A stretch of DNA of 57,633 nt, the filler included, from Dugesia japonica (lineage: Eukaryota): NCBI GenBank assembly GCA_001938525.1. It is 5 parts of 5 records of this genome, joined end to end, with 100 filler letters (N's around TTAATTAATTAA, not from the genome) between each part and the next. Parts side by side here need not be neighbours in the genome. Positions count along the whole stretch, not along the records: positions 42,691 to 57,633 come from MQRL01644071.1; 4 more parts are not named here. The stretch is one strand, 5' to 3'. The notes under the pieces are model-generated. The model was not told where the DNA came from, ran no database searches, and saw nothing but the letters and a program-made list of their open reading frames with translations. The translations under genes and the position numbers were made by a program. Of the stretch, positions 51,001 through 57,633 are shown piece after piece (position 1 is the first letter of the stretch; each line of letters opens with the position of its first letter).

Positions 51001-54000
51001 ATGTAAATTGATTATGTTGTCCAATAAAGAAGCTCGTATGATATCCTTAAGTCTAAAACTGGGAAAATGTTAATAGAAAAAGGAAAACAGAAATCTTACC
51101 TGGCAGGAATGACTGATAAGATAGCAGCATTTCTAGATAATGTTCCTTAAGAGATTCCATCGATCGAATTCCGCCAGTGATTAACCCGAAATGTATCCAT
51201 GTATAGATTTGAATGACGACCTTGTTTTGACTCTCTGAGAAAGAGAATAGGGCGTAATAACCAAGTAATTCGGTTGTTAGATACAAAAACAAGTTGGCCA
51301 GTTGGTTGGTCTTCCATTCGGTGGTTAAANATTCCTTCCCCAGCCCTCCCGTCCTCGTAAATTAGAATCAAAAGTGATGCTAAATCCATGCATAAATTTC
51401 TGATCTAACATCTGCTGGCGATGTAAAACGTCTGGCGAGACAAATTGGTGACAATTACAAATCCAATTGTGTTAGTAGAGTGGGCCAGTCATCTCTGATG
51501 TGAGATTACACTGGTAGAAAAATAAATTCAACTAAAAATTTGGTCACTGTTTGTAATCATGACGTTTGCTGATGGATAAGTAATATCACTTACATCAGTT
51601 ATTAGCATAATCCAGCATTGATAATTTTGCAACGAAGAAATTTTGACAGACTAGCATTGATTATTGCAGTGTGTAAAGTTACGATTCCCAATGCTGTCAT
51701 GGTTACTAATAGTAATAATAATATTATTGATATTATGATTATTGATATTATTTTATTATCAATGTATTTGTTATTAGTAGGATTATTATTATTATGATTA
51801 TTATTCCTAATATTATTCTCCTGTTTATTATTAATATCATTAATAGTACTATGGTTATAATTCGTATTATTATTGACCCATTTACTATTATTTTTATTAT
51901 TGGTGTTATTATTATTATTATTATTCCTATTATTATGGTCATGATTATCGTTATTATCATTATTATTATTATTAACATGATTCTTATTATTATTAACACG
52001 TTTATTATTAGTATTATTACTATTATTATTATAAGTATTATTCCCATTATTATTATTATGTTTATTATTCTTAGTATTATCCTTATTAATATGCTTAAGA
52101 GTAACATTACCACTACTACAATTATCATCATTATTATTGACATTCTATGGATATTATTGTTATTCTTAGTGTTACTGATATTATAGTTCTTGTCGTTATT
52201 GCGGATAATATCGTCCTTCATATTACTATTGAAATGATTACTCTGATTATTAGTAGTATTAGGATTATGCCTATGATGAACACTTTGGCTTGAATGCTAC
52301 GTTTTTCATCCCCATCGCGGATCACGTAACAATATCACTTTAATTAATATGCATAGACCGTTNGATAATCTTAAATTTTGCTCTAGCATTCGTTGAATCA
52401 CTAACCCCATTACCATATCCTCTTCATTCAGATGATATACTTATCAGGTCCCAGGACTCAAGTCTGACCTCTTCCGCGGTTCCTAGTAAGGGGTGTCCTC
52501 ATTCATAATCATCTCTCGTTGACTAATTCAGGAGAACTAAACCATAAATTTGCTAACCATAACTGATTGTTTATCTTTTAGTTAATACCAGCAGAACTTT
52601 GCCGTACCCTGCGATGGATAAAACAACGTCAATCTGCTCGATTGAGGCAGTTAATAGCTCATTTTTTGACTAAAGGGAGAATCGAACATCCAGATGAAAG
52701 TGATCTCCACTGTTTCACAAATATGTTTCCCATTAGAGAGAAAAGTTGACTTAGATGAGGACTGACCATCTTCAGTGTTATTAGGTTTAATAATAAAAAG
52801 ATATATAAAACCCCTTCGTATGTTTTTGTCTTAAAATAATTACTCCTATAATTTGTTTATAATGCTATTATATATGAATTTTGTTAGTAATAATTATTAT
52901 TACCCTTTAAATAGAAATGGAATCCGTCTGGGAGCAGGTAATAGATCGGAGGACTCGCATGGTAATATTTAGACGCCACTATAATCCGCATAACCGAGAT
53001 GCCGGCATTTTGGTGGATAGGTCAAACTTACCACCCGCCGAGGCGACAGTGGCTCGTATCCAGAACTTTGGCGAAACGATACGTCATTTAATTATCAATC
53101 TCCGACCCCACCCCCAGTAGTACAGGCTTTTATCTCCAACTTACCATGGGGCGTGAGAGAACCCTCCGGTGTTAACGATGTCGAGAACACCACTCCTAAT
53201 ACTGACACCAGTACTGATCCACAATGATCCCTTTGTTGTACTTAGAATTAAAAATAAATAAGTGACTCTTCTTATAATAATCTGATTTATTTATACGTTC
53301 ATTCGTAATAAGAAAATTTCGTCCCATATTAATACGAGGATGTATTTTTAAGCTTTGTGTGTTTCATTAATTGTAATAATAATATTTTAGTGCATTCCTC
53401 TTTGAACCAACCTGCAGCTCCCACAAAAAAATTGAGAGACACCAGTGAGGACCAAGACATGACTTGGAACCTCTACTGTCTTGCAAAGCCGCCGCGAATA
53501 GTAAGGTGTCTCGGTACAAGAAAAAATGTATCGCCTTTAAAGAAGAAGCCGAGGCCTCCCACTTGCAGGAGCGAGCATGGAAAAAACAGGTCGAGTCCTT
53601 CGCAGAGATCATCCGGTCCAGCCATGACCGAGAAAATAAACTGGTTGATGATATCTTACTTACATCTCCGGAAAATGATACCTCTCGAGCCTTTGATGAT
53701 CGAGAAATGCACCCAAAACCCTCGGACATAACCCCTCTCGTTCTTGTAAATAAATGTAGTATTCAATCATTCTTGTGAAAATCCGTTGTTGTCTTAGTGT
53801 TTATCCATATTTTTTTTGTCATATGCTAATTTAATCTCATTTAATGCCTCGCATCACATTTCCCAATAGTATCCGCAGATGTCATCGCATATTGCGCCGC
53901 CTATTAATAGAACGCCATCTAAAGCGGAAAACCGACCAAGCACTGATCAGTTATCTGAACCAACGAGATCGTCTGATTAAGAAGCTTGATCAAATTGTGA

Positions 54001-54400
54001 AAAAACAGAACGACCTGGCGGTGCAGACAAAGGCATTAGAGAATGAAAATAAAATGTTATTGCAGAAGAAAATCGATTTCCTCAAGCAATATATATCCGA
54101 ACTTTCCCATCAATTAGGAAACCTTGCCTGGGTCCAATGGGACGACAACGACGATGTCCCCGCCTTCAATTTTTTGATAACTGATCCAGACCAGTGTTTA
54201 GACCCTGGCGTATTAGACGAAATATAAATGTCATCTTAATAAATGTTTTCGAGTGCCTTTGGTTTAAATTTAATGTGTAGGTTAAGGAAAAATGGTGAAC
54301 CCAAATTCAAAGGCCTATGAGCGCGTACCTCCCATTAAGAGAGAGGTCAACCACCATATGCTGAATACCTAACCTAGGGGCGTTAGGTTAAATTCTTGAA
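48050..54400. other. Second cluster of GC-richer orphan ORFs and pseudo-ORFs upstream of a Polinton major capsid gene
   Basis: Coiled-coil-like ORFs 53464-53778 and 53844-54227, ORF 52917-53120, Asn-rich minus-strand tract 51700-52260, further broken frames; no family recognised. Confidence 0.4.
49419..49549. mobile_element. 131-bp mini-element with AGTAGT...ACTACT ends
   Basis: 31-bp TIRs at 49419-49449 and 49519-49549 (2 mismatches); no intact TSD (ACGGAA versus AGGGTT). Confidence 0.65.
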
Positions 54401-54609
54401 NNNNNNNNNNNNNNNNNNNNNNNNNNNNNNNNNNNNNNNNNNNNNNNNNNCACACTTTTCTTCATCCAACTCAGGTGGAACCCCAACAAAATGATGTTTT
54501 AAGAATTTAACCTTCATCTGGCTCAATTAGTCATTTAATGTCTTCTGGAGATATAGTTTTTCAATCTTTACAATCATCAAATCCATTAGACATTTCTAAT
54601 TCANTGTTA

Positions 54610-55916
54610 TATTATATAGTAGAGATAACTGTTTCAGATAAAGATAAAATAACTTTGGAAAATAATTGGTTTCCAAGTTTTTTTAAAACAATGAAATTAA
54701 TTTGAGGATCTTCAGAAGTAGAAATAATTCATGATTCTGGAATAATATCAACAATGTTAAATTTTATAACAACTACTTCAACTTATAAAAATATTTATGG
54801 TGATTCATCTGGATGGATTCCAGACACAAACAAAGGAGATTTAGATGTTGATGGATTTGATGTAAATTTAGGTTTTTTTTAAAAGAAATAAACTTTATTC
54901 GAAAAATAAATTTGAAGGTTGTTTTCCTTTGAAAAATTTATTTGGATTTATGCAATGTTATAATAGATTATTATATAATACAAAGATTGAATTTACTTGT
55001 AATCGACAAATAANNNATGAATTATTATTTTATGGTGATAAAGATAAAACAGCAACTTTAAAATTAACAACTTTAGAATTACATATACCAAAATGTAGAT
55101 TATTACCGAAAATGGAAGTAAATATTTTAGAAAGAATTTATACAAATAAATCTATTCAAGTTTGTTTTTTAAATAGAATTACTTCAAGTACAACTTTAGA
55201 TTCTGGAAATAAATATTCATTTAAATTGAGCAATTTAGTTTAATAAACCAAGATATATATTTATTGTAATAAAAGATGATGATATTTCTTATTAAAAGAA
55301 TAACAATTTATTTATTCAACAAATTAGTAAAACTGTTGAAAATGAAAAGAAAGAAAAAGTTACTAAAGAATATTTTCTCAAAAGTATTCAAATTCAATTA
55401 AANNNNNNATATTATCCTATAAACGAATGTAAATTTAATATTAAAAATAATGAAATGATTTTTCCTTATTTAAATTATATAAAATGTTGTAAAAACCTTT
55501 TCAATGAACCACAATTATCACTTCAAGAATTTGGTGATTTGTACCCAATATTTTGTTTTGATGTTAGTTCCNNNNNNNNNNNNNNNNNNNNNNNNNNNNN
55601 NNNNNNNNNNNNNNNNNNNNNGAACATCTTATTTAAATCCTTTATTTAAATTATATAAAATGTTGTAGACTTTTTAACAGAACCACAATTTTCTTTACAA
55701 GAGTTTGGTAATTTATACCCAATCTTTTGTTTTGATGTTAGTTCTCAAGATGATAAATTAAATATTAATACAGTGGATGTAACTTTACATTTAACTAAAG
55801 ATCCTGGTTTTAAAGGAAGTTTGTATTGGTGTATTTTAGAAGAAAAACATATAGAAATGAAATTATCAGATAGTAAAATTGTTATGATTGAAAATGTTCA
55901 AGGAGAAAAATTCTAA
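54610..55916 (+). pseudogene. Polinton major capsid (double jelly-roll) protein, decayed
   Basis: ITLENNWFPSFF; FPLKNLFGFMQCYNRLL; LELHIP; KPRYIFIV; LKSIQIQL; LYPIFCFDVSSQ; lies directly upstream of the integrase. Confidence 0.8.
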
Positions 55917-55932
55917 TTAGATTTTAAATAAA

Positions 55933-57178
55933 ATGGATGTAGATTTTCAGAATAAAAATAAAAGTGTTTGTGAATATTGTAATAAAATATTACTTAGAAA
56001 AAATAAAGCTAGATATTTAAAAATATGTAAAATAAAATTAGGTGGTGATCGCGTAGCTCAAGCTGGAGGCGACCTTCAATCTTCTAAATTAATTTCAACA
56101 ATTTTAAAATCATTTACTTGGGAAAAGTATCCAGGAAAAAGACATTTGTTTAAACATAATTATACTGGTCCTGGAACAAGATTAGATTTAAGATAAGATG
56201 AAAATAATAATCCAAAACCTGGAGAAGAACCAATTAATAGAGTAGATGAAGCAGCTATTAAACATGATTTATCTTATAAAAATGAAAATATTAGAGATAG
56301 ACATTTAGCTGATGTTAATTTAATTCATGATTTAAATAATATTCCTAATCCTAGTATTTCAGAAAAAATACAAAGAAGTTTAGTAAAATTAGCAATGAAA
56401 GGTAAAATCGTTTTAAGATCTAGCCTTAATAAAAATATTAAAAATAAAGAAAGTAATTTAAATAAAGAAATATTAGCAAATGAACTTCGTGCCAAAGAAC
56501 TTCATAAAGAATATAGAAAACAAAAACATTTCTTAAAAGTAATAAAAGAAATTGATGAAACTTGGTCTGCAGATTTAATTTTTATGCCTAATAAGAAAGT
56601 AATACTAAACAGTTATCGATTTATATTCTAGATTTGCATTTGTATAAATATGTACTAATAAAACAGGTCAAGCAATAACAAATGCATTTGAAAATATAAT
56701 TGAAGAAAATAATAGAACTCCAAATAATTTAAAATATTTCAATCTTTTTGTAAGAAAAATGAAATTAATTTATATTCAACTGAAAATGAAGGTAAAGCAG
56801 TTGTTATAGAAAGATTTCATAAAACATTTAAAAAAAAAATTGTAAATGATTATGATAACACAATTCATAGTTCTATAAAAACAACTCCAAAAGATGCTAG
56901 TGAAAACCCAGATAAAATAAAAAAAAATAATCGAGGATCATAACCATGAAAATAATAACTTTAGTTTTAAACAAAAATTTAAAATTGGAGATAGAGTTAG
57001 AATCTTTAAATATAAATACAAATTTGAAAAAGGNNNNNNNNNNNNNNNNNNNNNNNNNNNNNNNNNNNNNNNNNNNNNNNNNNNNNNNNNNNNNNNNNNN
57101 NNNNNNNNNNNNNNNNNNNNNNNNNNNNNNNTTCTAGGTAGATTTTATGATAATGAACTTCAGAAAACAGTTTTTTAA
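55933..57178 (+). pseudogene. Polinton Zn-finger-like / parvovirus-type PLA2 / rve integrase ORF, decayed
   Basis: CEYCNK; HNYTGPGT...PINRVDEAAIKHDLSY...RHLAD; AKELHK...IDETWSADLI; TVIDLYSRFAF; KAVVIERF; KFKIGDRVRI; GRFYDNELQK. Confidence 0.88.
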
Positions 57179-57200
57179 ATTTAAAATTAACAAACTTAAA

Positions 57201-57600
57201 ATGAGTGATAAAAGTGTTCTACAAGAAACTTTAGAAATTTCCTTTATTAGGATTAATTCCTGGTATAATTGCTGGTTTAGCAGGTGCAGCAGGTGCAGCT
57301 TCTGCGGTTGCTAGTACAGATAGTAATTCAAGATCAGCTCAAGCGCAAGCTCTGGAAAAAATTAAAAAGCAAAAAGAAATTGAATTTGTAGAATGGCAGA
57401 AAAAAGCTTTAGAAAATAAAACTAGTTCTGGTTTAGGACTTTACTTAAAACCTTATCCAGAATCTGCAATTCATAAATATTTTAAAAATAGTTTAGATAA
57501 TTTAGAGTTGAAGTTGATTACTAAAAACTTTAAAAATGGAATACAAGTTGTAATAAAATGTGATGGTTTATATTTAAAACCTTTTAAAAATGGACACTGA
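57201..57600 (+). pseudogene. Polinton small virion-core or membrane-active-type protein
   Basis: GLIPGIIAGLAGAAGAASAVAS...GLGLYLKPY...GLYLKPF: hydrophobic Gly/Ala stretch plus the GLYLKPY motif I associate with Polinton ORFs. Confidence 0.55.
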
Positions 57601-57633
57601 ACAAATAGCAGAAAGAATAAAACTTTTAAAAGA

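Noticed and set aside
10201-57633. One intact giant Polinton spanning the window
   Set aside because: Genes are duplicated, disrupted, in mixed orientation, separated by host genes and artificial linkers, and no long TIRs were found.

Overview
Very AT-rich eukaryotic (invertebrate-type) genomic DNA with short spliceosomal introns of about 39-50 nt; a planarian-like host is my inference, not shown by the sequence. Four identical 100-bp linkers (N44-TTAATTAATTAA-N44) split the window into five segments whose adjacency is not guaranteed. Recognisable host genes are an internal part of RNF123/KPC1 (SPRY exons, +), a complete six-exon NFU1 (+) and a complete CNOT9/RCD1 (-), the last two tail-to-tail. 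Most of the rest is decayed mobile DNA. It includes pieces of several Polinton/Maverick-type elements (pPolB, two rve integrases, two minor capsids, major capsid, adenain-type protease, and a PLA2-like domain in frame with an integrase). There are also Ty3/Gypsy remnants, mariner, Tc1 DD34E, two DD41D-type elements, Merlin, a Penelope GIY-YIG fragment, four hAT-type MITEs, a piggyBac-type MITE and satellites. Best candidates for something new: (i) 125-131 bp hairpin mini-elements with Polinton-type AGTAGT...ACTACT ends, one with perfect 46-bp TIRs and a perfect 6-bp TSD, i.e. a putative minimal non-autonomous Polinton family; (ii) a Zn-finger-like/PLA2/integrase single-frame fusion; (iii) clusters of orphan GC-richer coiled-coil, 55-aa-repeat and SIM-motif ORFs lying next to Polinton core genes.
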